A stretch of 64,000 bases of DNA from Chrysemys picta bellii (lineage: Eukaryota), in assembly GCF_011386835.1 (NCBI RefSeq), contig NC_088796.1:28582001-28646000 (forward strand), written 5' to 3'. A program made the position numbers and the translations under genes. The notes beneath the pieces were generated by a model, which saw only the letters and a list, made by a program, of their open reading frames with translations, did no database searches and was not told where the DNA came from. Below, one piece after another: positions 10,501 to 22,500 of this stretch; the first letter of the stretch is position 1; the number at the start of each line of letters is the position of its first letter.

Positions 10501-13500
10501 CCTGATCTATGAGGAAAGGTTAACGAACTGGGCATGTTTAGTCTTGAGAAAAGAAGACTGAGGGGGGACATAATAACAGTTATCAAATATGTTAACGGCT
10601 GTTATGAAGAGGACTGTGATCAATTGCTCTCCATGTCCTCTTGAGGTAGGACAAGTAGTAATGGGCTAATCTGCAGCATGGGAGATTTAGATTAGATATT
10701 AAGAAAAACATTCTAACTATATGGGTAGTTAAGTTCTGGAATTGGCTTCCAAAGGAGATTGTGGAATTGCCATCATTGGAGGTTTTTCAGAACAGATTAG
10801 ACAAACATTTGTCAGGGATGGTCTAGGTTTACTTGATCCTGCCTCAGAGCAAGGGGTGAACTTGATGACTTCTCGAGGTCCCTTCCAGCCCTACATTTCT
10901 ATGTTTCTATAATTACAAGTCTTATTTCTTCTCCTTTAAAAATGCACTTCTAAATATTAGATGTCACATGAAATACCCCCCACATTAAATATTAAGACGT
11001 TCAAGGCTCCTCAGCCTGCAAGGATCTGGGTTAGATGTAAAAGAACATATCCTTACAACAGGGTCAGTGGTGATGATGTTCCCTGTTTAAGAAAATAGAC
11101 AAGTGCCCTTGAAGAGATCGGAAGAGCAAAATGGCGTGAAATAAAATTCAGTAACACAACCCTGTTGGACAGCGCTAAGCACCTGGCAAAGGAATTTGCC
11201 TGGCTGAGAAGAAAAGTTGCTGAGCATGTAAAGAAAATGATGAGCAGTCTGGTGTGGCCAGAGAGACAAAACAATGTGCAGCGGAGAATGGTGAACCAGA
11301 CAGTAAGCAATCAGCTTCATAGCACGTTTGCTTTCCAGACTAGGCAAGCTCCATAAGAACACTTCTGGGGATGAGTGAGGATTAGGGGAGTACCACACAC
11401 CATAATATATGAAATAAGTCAGACAATACTAATGAAACTATTGCATGGTGCTGGAGACCTTGTAAGCTACAGCCCAGTCTCTAATCTCCCTTTACAAGCA
11501 AGCTAGTGGAAAAGGTAGCCAAAACAGTGTCAGCTGCCAGTAACCTGTACTCCTCTCAGTCAGGCTTCAGGGCAAGGCATGGTATATGGTATTTAAAGAA
11601 TGTGTTGCTGTGGTGGATGATCTCCTCTTGTCCACAGACGCAGTGGAAGCACATCTTTGTGGCATTTGATATGGGTGATCGCCACATACGCCTGTACTTC
11701 CTCCAAAAAGCTGCAAGGGTGAACCCAAAAATGGCTCAGGTGCTTCCTTTCATCCAAAGCAGAGGGCCATTATGGACAACTGTTCCTTCACCTCCAAAGC
11801 CTGCATGTGCACAGTCTCACAAGGGCGAATTGATCTATATGAAGCTATGGGGAGAGCTGGTAAGATAACACAAGCTGAGGTTTCAGCACCATGCAGGTGA
11901 CATCCAGTTCTACATTTCCTTTGCATCAAACATAAATACCACCATCTCCTAGCTTTCACAATGCCTAGTAGGTACAGTTGAAGAAAAAAGTCCATCTGCA
12001 GCCTAACAACTTCACTGCTAACAAGTGATCGGTTATAACTCAGTCATAAGGATGAACTCGACGTAGGAATAACCGTATGAAATTCTATGGCCTGTGTTAT
12101 GCAGGAAGTCAGACTGGATGATTATAATGATCCTTTCTGGCTTTAAAATTTGCCACACATCATGAAATGCTCCACAGTTAGTTAAATCAGATCTGAGTTA
12201 CACTGTTAAAAAAAAGTTATTGATCCCACCCTGTTATCTGAAATGAAAATATATTAGTCACAGGCAGAACAGGGGTACTAACCTTTTTCACAGGTAAGTG
12301 ATCTCAGTATAGGTGGTGTCCATGATACCTCTTTCCTACAAGTGTACTGCTTTTCACCAGTGACAATGAAGCCAGCTGGACAGCGTAGCTGGATGGTTTC
12401 CCCAACCTTGTATTCATTTTTAAATGGGGAGATTGTGACGCCCTCAGATACTGATGGTTTAGGGCACATTGATGCTATAGTAAAAAGACAATTCAAATAA
12501 GTATATCATTTTGTGATCATAAACACGGTAATTAAAGTGGGTAAAATGGATCTATTTAAAAAATGTTGTGACCATTTTCACAATAACGCTGACCTCCTCT
12601 GTCATCTGATATTCTAAAATTTGGCTTAAAAAACAAAACAAAACACATAATTTTGAGTTTTGGAAAATTTTGACCTGCTCTCATGGTAACATTCCATATA
12701 TTACATTTGTCTATCAGTTACTAAAAAGGAATAATAAAGTATGCCTAATGGCTTAAAAAAACTTGTAGAATGCTGGTACAGCATGTTACAAATATTAAAA
12801 ACAGGCAATTAGAGAATCTTATCAAACTAGTTACAATATGTAATTATTAATAAAGTGCATGGTGCTAGAAAGGTTGTAAATATATTCAATAAGAAATTCA
12901 TGCTGAAAAGTACAACCTGAAGATTCAAAACAATGCAAATGCATTGGGTTCTTGCCAGCTATTTGAATCTCTCTCACTGATAGATTCAGAAGTTGTTTTA
13001 GCTTTACTTGTTGATTACACTGCAAGCACATCAGGATATGGATTTTATGGCTGAGATTTCCAAAACAGTCTAGGGGTTTAGACACACATCTTCCATAGAA
13101 ATTAATGGAAAAGGTATGTGTAAGTACCCTAGAGACTGCTTTGGAAATCTCATCCGATGTAACTTGTGTGTCTATCCAATCCTGAGAATGCTAGTTTGTT
13201 CAATCTGATCGTCATAAAATTTACAGCTCCCTTGGATAGGTCTGGAAGTGAAATGCAAGTACTGTTGCTGAAGACATTTAAAATCAGACTAGAAAAGGAA
13301 CTAGAAAGTATCTGTCCTCAGGCTTTCTATAGTACCCAGCAGGATAGTATCTTATTGTTTATAGAATATGCTATAGGAACAATCCCGCATTGGAAAGGGA
13401 ACAAATATGGTGACCCAGTAGGTTTTTGCGATTTCTAACTTCTATCAATCATTAATTTCTTCTTAAGACACAATTACAGATTATTTTATTAAAAATGGAA

Positions 13501-16500
13501 CCATTCTATTGTTTATTACATATATTCTCCTCCTGAGTTTTGTTGTTGAGCCTAACTGTTCTCCTCTTTCTTACATTGGCACTCAACAGGCTGCTGTGCC
13601 CAGGTATGATCTGGTAGACACCTGAGGAACTGATAGCCAATGAGATCATATCCAGTCATGCAGGCGATTTCAGCTTCTTCCCCAAATGCATAATGATTCT
13701 TTTCATTCTACAATTAAATCAAATCCTTTGTAAGTGGAATACTCACTGACATAAGAAACAGATTCTCAGGATCATAGTACTGCAATTGTCATACAGTTTT
13801 TTTTTCCTTTCTCTGACGCGAAAGCCATGCATCCCATTTGTCTGTCCATCCAGGCGCTAATATTGTCATGCATTCACCCCATTAGTATGGGCACATTGGT
13901 TACAAAGCTAGGGTTCACAAAAAATGCTGTGTGAATTGGGTCCTATATCCTTCACCCATCCTTTGTTTTAGTTGTTGCTGAGTTCTTTTACAGATCTGTG
14001 ATTGGGAGAAAGCCCCCACACAAAGGGGAGCCTTGTAGCTTGCCCTATATTCAGCAGTATGATTGCTAACACAGCAGGTATGCAAGATACAGTAGATCTA
14101 TCTCTATGTTTATGGTAAAAGATCTACTGAAGAAACTGTCAGTCAACATAAAAATATTGATCCCAGAAATGTAAATACAATTTTTAGTGCTGCATATGCA
14201 TGATTTTCTACTACCCATTTGTGGCGCATACATGGACATGCATCAGTATCTCAACAATAGTGCTTCCCTTGCCTTTTAAATCTCTCTCAATTTTTCTCTT
14301 TGCAGTAGATTTGTATATTCAATCTCTTCTGTTAAGCTTTTACTGGAGGAAGCAGTAAGTTCTCATCAATCACTCCAACACCTAGCTGATAGTATGCTGC
14401 TCCTTGTCCTATCACTTCCATGTAGCCAAAACCCAACAAGTCCAAAGTGAAGATGAAATATGAATTTAGTTATTGAGAGACGGGGAAGGGATTTTTAGGA
14501 GCAGAAAGAAAACAGTCAATGAAAAAAACATGGAAAAGAAAATCAGTAGGAAAAAAGCCTCCAAATATAGAAGACTTTGGTGAAAAAAAGGAGTAAAGTT
14601 GGTAAGAAAGAAAATTTAAATAAAAAACTATATTTAAAAGTGAACCTACTAATGCCAGCCTAGCTTTTGTGATGTTTTATATCGCAAATAGTGGTACATA
14701 ATATCAGCTTCTAATCGGTTAAAAATGTATTTATTAAATAAAGTGGAATCAAGTTGTTCAAGCTGGTGTCATGTACTAATCTTTGGATACAATTAAAGGA
14801 AACAAAGTTTTGTAGAATGTGAATTAGTTTTGTGAACCCAGCAAGGAGTTTGTGAGGCTTGCAAACCTGGAGCTTCTTGAAGCTCTCCATCCCTGCACAT
14901 CACCCTTATCCCAGGCGTTACAACCCTCTCACCCTGAGAAATCCATTTTCTGGTGGGGATGGCTTAAGACATCCAGACTCTGGTTCACCAATGAAAACGT
15001 CCACTTCCTTTCTTGCTTCATTGTCATTTACACATGGAGCCCCTCTGAAAAATAAGAGTTTGTAGCTAAGGATGCAATCTAAGGAGTGGTTAAAGTAGAT
15101 TGAAACAGTAGGGAGAGTTCTCCCAACATAAGCCAAGGGAGAGGAGAAGCTGGCAGGGAATACTGCTCCCGCAAACCAGGGAAAGCAAGGGGGAGCTGGG
15201 CATTCTTTCCTCCTCCTCTCCCCTACTATAACCCATTGAAACTAAGGGAAAGAGTACCATGTGCTGACAAGGGCCAGATTAGCAGAAAGCAGCCCAGGGA
15301 ACAGAGAAGCAGATATTGGGCCAAATTCTCTGTTGACATCATAACTTCCCTGGACTAGCAGAGAATTTTACCCATTTAATTTTCTTAAATTAGGAGAAAC
15401 AGGGCAAGGAGGACAGAAGATGGTGCTGAACCTCTAAAAGGTGACTGTGAGCTCAAGTGGTTTGGTCAGTATTAGGGTTCATCATCAGTTGGTTGGGTCA
15501 TATGGAAGGTAGTCAAAAGTCTATTCCCTGACTACCTAGTTCAGGCAAGGACTAAGGAGGCCCCCAGTGTGTGGATATGAGTAGGCTTGGCAGAACTAGA
15601 TTTTAAATATTTTTTTACAATTTGGTGAATATCAATGTTTATTTTAAGCACTTTTTAATTTTTATTGACTAACTTTTCATAATTGTGGAAAACTATGTGG
15701 GGGGCGGGACACACCTGATGACTATTTAATGGCAGCCATTGAGATTTAAAATGTAAAGCTTTATAACTGTTAAAACACAAACTGTCAGCATCACATTTCA
15801 AAATAAATATCCTTAAATCAAACTCTAATAAGTTCTCACATAGAACTTTACTTTGCCGAAGTGTAAATTTTGATTATCACTGATGGGAATTTTTATGTCA
15901 GTTTGGGTGTATACGGTGAAATTGATCTTTACTGACATTTACTAATACAAATCTAATCCCTCCAAGCCTAGCTATGAGGAAGCACATGCTATGTTACCTT
16001 ACTTAGTGATGGAGCTAGGTAGCCAAGGGGGTCTGTATGTGTCCAACAGCCTCAGTAAAGGATCTCCTATATAGTCATTACAACAGAGACAGTACAACTC
16101 CCAGTCCCACCTCTGCAGCTTCCACTGATTGTTACCAGTGTTGTGACCACCAGAGAAAATGCACCAGTGGTGAACTATGGTTATGAAGTTTGCTCTTCAA
16201 GACTCAGCCTTTGAATGAGAAACTAAACCCAGGCTGGGGTTGGATTTATGATTTTACATTGAAACCTTGCAAAATTCATGTTTCAAAGCAGAACCAGGTG
16301 GACCTCAGTAGTTTTGGTCACATTTCTTTTTGAGATTTTGAATTCAAACCTAAAAGCAAGCAAAGAAACAAAGCAAGCAAAGAAACAAAGCAAGCAAAGA
16401 AACAAAGCAAGCAAACAAAAGCTTGTGGGAAGAGGAGGCAACATCCAAATTCATGTAGCTCAGAAGACAGGAATGTGTATGCAACTGAAAAGAAACTGCT

Positions 16501-19500
16501 GAGTTCTGTATGACGTCAGACGGAGTCATACAAAACATTTAAAAATAACATATTGGTAATGCTATTGGAATTCTCTGGGAAGAAACAACAAAACCAAACC
16601 AAATTTGTATCAGACATTTTCCTCTAACAGACCCATCCACAGAAACACAGGCAGGAGATTCCTATCCACTATTCCCTATCTTTGCTAGTCACCAAACAGG
16701 CATCTTCAATCCCAACCCATCAGGAAATGGAAATTCCAGTCTACCATCTTCTTACTTGTCCACAAACATTGAGATGTAACAGTCCTCCTCCTGCTCACGT
16801 TCACCCTGGCACGGCTTTCCTCCATTCAGTGGTGCGGGGTTATTACACTCCCGGGTCCTTCTTCTCTTGAAAGCAGCATCGCAGGAGCTCCAGGCAGACC
16901 AGCAACTCCAGTAACCATCTACTGCAACTAGAACAGATGAAAGGAAACTCCAGCCACTTGACAACTCCACTCTACCTGCATTATTTTCCTTACTCTGTAT
17001 ACAACAGGAAGTCTGGCTGATTAACAGTCACAATTTAAAAGTATTTGCATTGTTTCCTAGCAGAGAAACATGTTATTTATGGGGTTAAATTTTAAACAGA
17101 GATGGGCCAAACCAAAAATTGAACTTTTAATTTCAGGGGAGTCTAAATATTCCTTTCTTTACACAGTTTTGGTCCCAGGTCATATCCAAAACCAGATGAT
17201 GCCTATTTTCTAGTTCCACCATATATGCAGCCATTTGGTGATTCCATGAGGCTAGAAATCTTTTCAGACAGCTCATGAGATGTTAGTGCCTTGAAATCCA
17301 ACTCCTAACCTGAATTCCAGAGCGAAGATATCCCTAATCCCAAATTTACTCCAGATCCAAATCAGAATTAAATTGCCATCACCTTCGCCCATCTTCTGTT
17401 TAATTCTTTTAGTTTGCTTTTCCTTGAAATATGAATTATTAAATCTACAGATTATATCTCTGCAGGCAATACATGGGGTTAATGTCTTTTTGCTTCTGTA
17501 TACCTAGCTATACAGGTCATGAATGAAAAATAAATACAGTAGTACCTTGCTAAACCCTTGTACGCATTTGTCCTTGTCACAAACCCCAAACCCAATTTAG
17601 CCCTGCCCAAAAAAGCTGAGTATTGGAATAGAGTTACAATCAGCACTAAACTGAATTTGCAGGTGGGGTTCGTAAGCAGTAATTCTTAGATCTAGCCAGG
17701 GATCTTAAACTTTCACTTGTACAAGGACCACATTTTAAAAATATTATAAATACAGATTCATGTTGGACACCAGATTATTAGATGCTATTATAAACAGGAG
17801 ATTGCACACTTATATACACACATGTACATATATGTCATAATATAGATTTTCACTTTCAAAATGCATCTTCACAATATGGATATGATTAAATCAGGACATT
17901 GATAGAAGCACTTTCCACTAGCGCTGGTAGAAAATTTCCCATTGGAATAGTTTTCTACTAGATAACGCTGATTTGATACAATCAAAACATTTCACTTCTG
18001 ATGGATGCCAGGCGAGAAGACAGGCTAGCAGGCTGCTTGATTTCCTACCTGTCCACCCACCCACCTGCGATGGGGGTGGGGGTGGGTGGGAGGAGAAGGC
18101 TGTCCACATGCCCACCTAGTAGGGTCCTTGGCTAGCCAGCTGTCAGGCTGCCAAATTCCTGGGCAGCAAACTCCATGGTAAGCAGCCTCCCTGGGTGGCT
18201 GGCTCCCTGGGCTTCCCAGATTCCCAAATGTCTGGCTCCCTGGACGGCCCTAGCTGCCCACCCAGCTCCCATGGTTCCCTGGGCTCCCCACCTGGCTCCC
18301 TGGCTGGCTTGCCACTGGCCAGCTGGCTTGCCACTGGCTGACTGCCTGTCTTGCCTGATTTATTTTTATTTTGAAATTGGTAATTGGTATTCTAATTAGT
18401 TTTGTAATTGGTGGAGTAACTGGTCATTTGTAATGGTCTAGTAATTGGCAACTTCCTATTGTAATACGTATAATAAAAATACAGAATAAAAAATCAACTG
18501 TGTATTTTTTTATTATACACATTACATTAGGAAATACCAAACCACTTCAACACTTATCATTAAGATTATCACTTACTAATTAAAGAATGCCAATTTATAA
18601 TCAATTGCCAATTTACAAAATAAAATACAAATATAATTTAATAATATAAAAGTTGAAATGTTTCAACTGTTCTGACATGGCATGAAAAGAGTAACACGAA
18701 ATTATGAAATGTCTCAACTTTCATAATTTATAATATAACATAAAAGTCAAGCCAACAAAGTCCAAACGAAATGTTTTAATCTTATCAAAATGAAACTACT
18801 TCCACCTATCGAAATTAAACATTTCATAAAGGTCAAAACTAACTATCATTTTGATTTGTTTGAAATGAAATTGTGGAATTTTCCTTGGTGGGAAACTTTG
18901 AAATTTCAATATTTTGTTCTGATGGAATGGAAATGTGAAAGTTTGGAATTTCATGGACTGTGAACTCCAGATTCCAACCACCTTTAACTTTTAACATTAA
19001 ATTGTGCAGCTAGAAAGAAGGAGCATATTTGCATTGTTATGGCAATACTGTAAATACCTGATTTGTAATCTGGTGCGCGTTTCTCACAGTTATCCCCATA
19101 GGTTCCAGCCTGACACACACACAGACACTCTGTTCCAGACAACACAGGTCTGCCATTATTGGGACAGGGGGCACATTTACAAGGGTCAAATATGTCCATG
19201 TATTCAATAAGCGCTCTTCTGAGGTTGCGCCGTTTAGTCACTGCACAGGGGAAGTTCTTCACCAAATCCAGGATGGGGGCCAGCTAAAAGACAAGCACAT
19301 AGCAGAAGATCATATAATGAACGGTAAAGTGAAAATTTCCTTGCAGTACAGAGTTAGCTGTATTGACTTCTTGCTATGGATAGCTGCAGGGCATCAACAT
19401 ATCCCAAATAGCTAAAAAAAAAAAAAAAAAAAGCATCTTTTTTAAAGACATCAGAGCCTACAAAGCTATGTGCATAAGATACTGGGAGTGTGGTGCATGG

Positions 19501-22500
19501 TGCAATTTCTTGGTATTTAACAGGACATGAAAACTCCCTACATATAGAACACCCATATCTATATTTTCCTCTTCACAGGGGTGAGAGCCTAATGGGCAAG
19601 TGGCAAGGAATTAGCAATATACACTTTAAAAATCACACCTGGTAAGATGGTGTAAACAAAGACATGGAGGTCATGTACGCTCGCGAGAGATGCAGTAATA
19701 TACAGGAGTGAGCAATGTGATGGGACCAATATTACATTTACTGTTTAGTTACAGTCTATGTTTTCCAAACTAGGAGTGGTTATGGAGTCTGCACAATGAG
19801 GAAGTCAGCTAACTTTCTGCACACAGCTAGTGCATTGCTTTCCTTCTTCCCCAAAACAACCACTTCCTACTACCAAGCTCCAGGGGACTTCTCCTTCCCA
19901 ATGATGTCTGAAAATAGGCCCAGTGACTCCCCTCACTCCCTGTGGCTGTCCAGCGCCCTTCAATTTGGATGCCTAGTACTAAGGAGAGTTAATTTAACAG
20001 GCTGAGGGATACAAAAAGTAGTTCTAGCAAATGTTTACAAAACTCTCTAAAATATTTTGTATATGTGAAATAATCCCCAGTCTCATTCCAGGGAACAAGA
20101 TGAAAAAGAACGAAGGGTCTTAGTCCAGCAGTTCACAAACTGTGGGTTGCAGGGCTGGCTTACACTTGCTGGGGCCTGGGGCCGCAGCCCATGCCCCACC
20201 ACCCAGGGCCAAAGCCTGAGGGGCAGCAGGAGTCAGGTTACAGGCCTACTGCCTGGGGCTGAAACCCTTGGGCTTCGGCCCCCACTCCTGGAGTGGTGGA
20301 GCTCAGGCTTTGGTTTTGCCCCCCCATCCCAATCCCCTCAGGGCAGCAGGGCTTGGGTGGACTCAGACTTGGGTCCCCCCACTCCTGGGGTCCTATTGTA
20401 ATTTTTGTTGTCAGAAGGGATCACGGTGCAATGAAGTTTGAGAACCCCAGATCTAGTCTTTGATCCCCTAAAGGATGATGGCCTTTATTTTCTTGCTAGT
20501 ATTTTTCTTACCTCAAAATCAATCACAATAGGATTGTCCTTTGTTGATTCCACCCAGTCTGTGAATACTGTATGCTCTGGGAAAGACCCCTTTTTCTCCC
20601 AAGCCAAAGCTGCAGCGTATTCTGCCCTTCCACCTTTTACCAGTGAAATAGACCGTTCAGATGACTGCAAAAATGATCCTAAAATGAGATTAAAATTAAG
20701 GTTTTTCAAAACATAACCACAACTTTTCTATTGCATACAATGCAAACTCCAAGGATTGGGGTTTTTTTAAGAAGAGCCAATAGGATTTGCTGGTGACACA
20801 GGGGTACCAAATTATAGGGTAGGGAGATGGTCATCCCTCTTGCTCTCTCTCCCATCCCACGCCCACTGAAGTCAATGGAAAGTTTGCTACTGACAGTGGT
20901 AGTCCGATTGGCATTTATGTGACTCTGGCAAGAATGACCAAGGGATCCTTTGTAATTTTCTACTAATACTTGAAGGTGTAAACAACTCAGTGCAGAGAAA
21001 CTACTCATCCAGATCCAAGGAGCATAACTGGAGTAATGTTATGAAATTAAGAAAGAAAAATGTAGTCTGAACACAAAGAAAATATCCCAATGGGGAAATT
21101 TAGTAGATTGTGGAATAATCTCGAGGACTTCTCATAGAAGAAGGGGATGAAAGCCTCTTCCCTGGTGACATTTAAAACTAGATAGGACATAGTACAATAT
21201 GAGTAGAAAATATACCATATGGAACAATCCATGCTGGCTAGCGAATGGGCTAGGACAGGAGTGTCAACTCTTGCTTTCTTTACACATCTCAATAGTTTGG
21301 TTGTCTTTCATATGGCACTACTCACATGAGTGAGGGAAGGCATATTTGGCCTGAGATGATCAAAGAGTTCTTTCCATTTATGCTGGATGCATGACTACCT
21401 GACACTTGAAGAAAATAAACTGTTCTTTTAATATACCTGAAGTACACTAAAAGCATAGGGTACAGTCTCTGTTGCACCAGAGAAGAGGGGGATGTTGAGA
21501 AGTTAGTTATGGATTCCTGATTCTCTGTCTGATTCTGTGCCACCTTCGGCCATGGAAAAGTTGAGAGCAGCTTGGGGGCTGCTTTAATCTCTGACAGCTG
21601 GTAATAGTCCTTAAATGATCATCCACCACGCGGGTTTGCCAGACCAGTCCTGACATGTCGCCTTCCCACCTCCAGCATGGCCTTACATTGAAAATGTGGA
21701 GAGAGGTAGCATAGGAGATGGCTATACTAGTTTTGTGAGAGAGGATTCCTCAGCTGGGAAAATGTGCCAGGATGGAACAGGGGCGAGGATCTGGGCCACA
21801 ATGCCATAATGCTTGACTTGGGAGGGAAAAGGTGAAAAACTGGCTCCACTGAAATTGATGGGAGTTTTGCCATTGACTCCAATGAAGTTAGGGTTTCACC
21901 CCAATAACTGTCAGATACTATCCCCCCATGGTAAATAACAGTGCACAGTGCTTAGTTCTCATCACAATGACCTTCATGGCGTTCAGTCAGTTTATTTGTG
22001 GTGCACGTCGTATGTACTTTCTTTTTCTTTCTGAAAAACACACGCCTAGTTGTTTCTACCCGGACACATCCCGTCGATTCTTGCTGTGTCAAGCCTGGGA
22101 AATATTAAACAGCAATGATGGCATTAAGCATCAAATATTATACACAAAACACTAAACAGCATCCCTGTTTCTACATGGCGCCCCTTTTGTCTACATCTAT
22201 TTCATGGCATTCCTCACCTAGGACACCTCACTAGTTTCCTCCATGTCTGAGATTCTCATCCCCACCAGTTACATCCTGAAGACGATTTAGGTATTGTGGA
22301 TTTCTTCCTTCACCCTCATTGTTGTTTCATGAGACATCCGGCTATTCCCCCATGTACCAACAATGTTAGACAGAGCCATATTTACCATACCTGTCTGAGT
22401 ATGTACTGATGTTGCTGGTAGTTCCTTGACGCACCCGACTACACTTTGTTTTATTAACCAGCAGTGGCCAGGCAAGTTAACAGTATCATAACTCAGGAGC

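Noticed and set aside
13166-13438. 90-aa ORF with an exon-like acceptor
   Set aside because: The core (gaagacatttaaaatcagactagaaaagg) resembles a decayed CR1 3' end, like 21120-21240.
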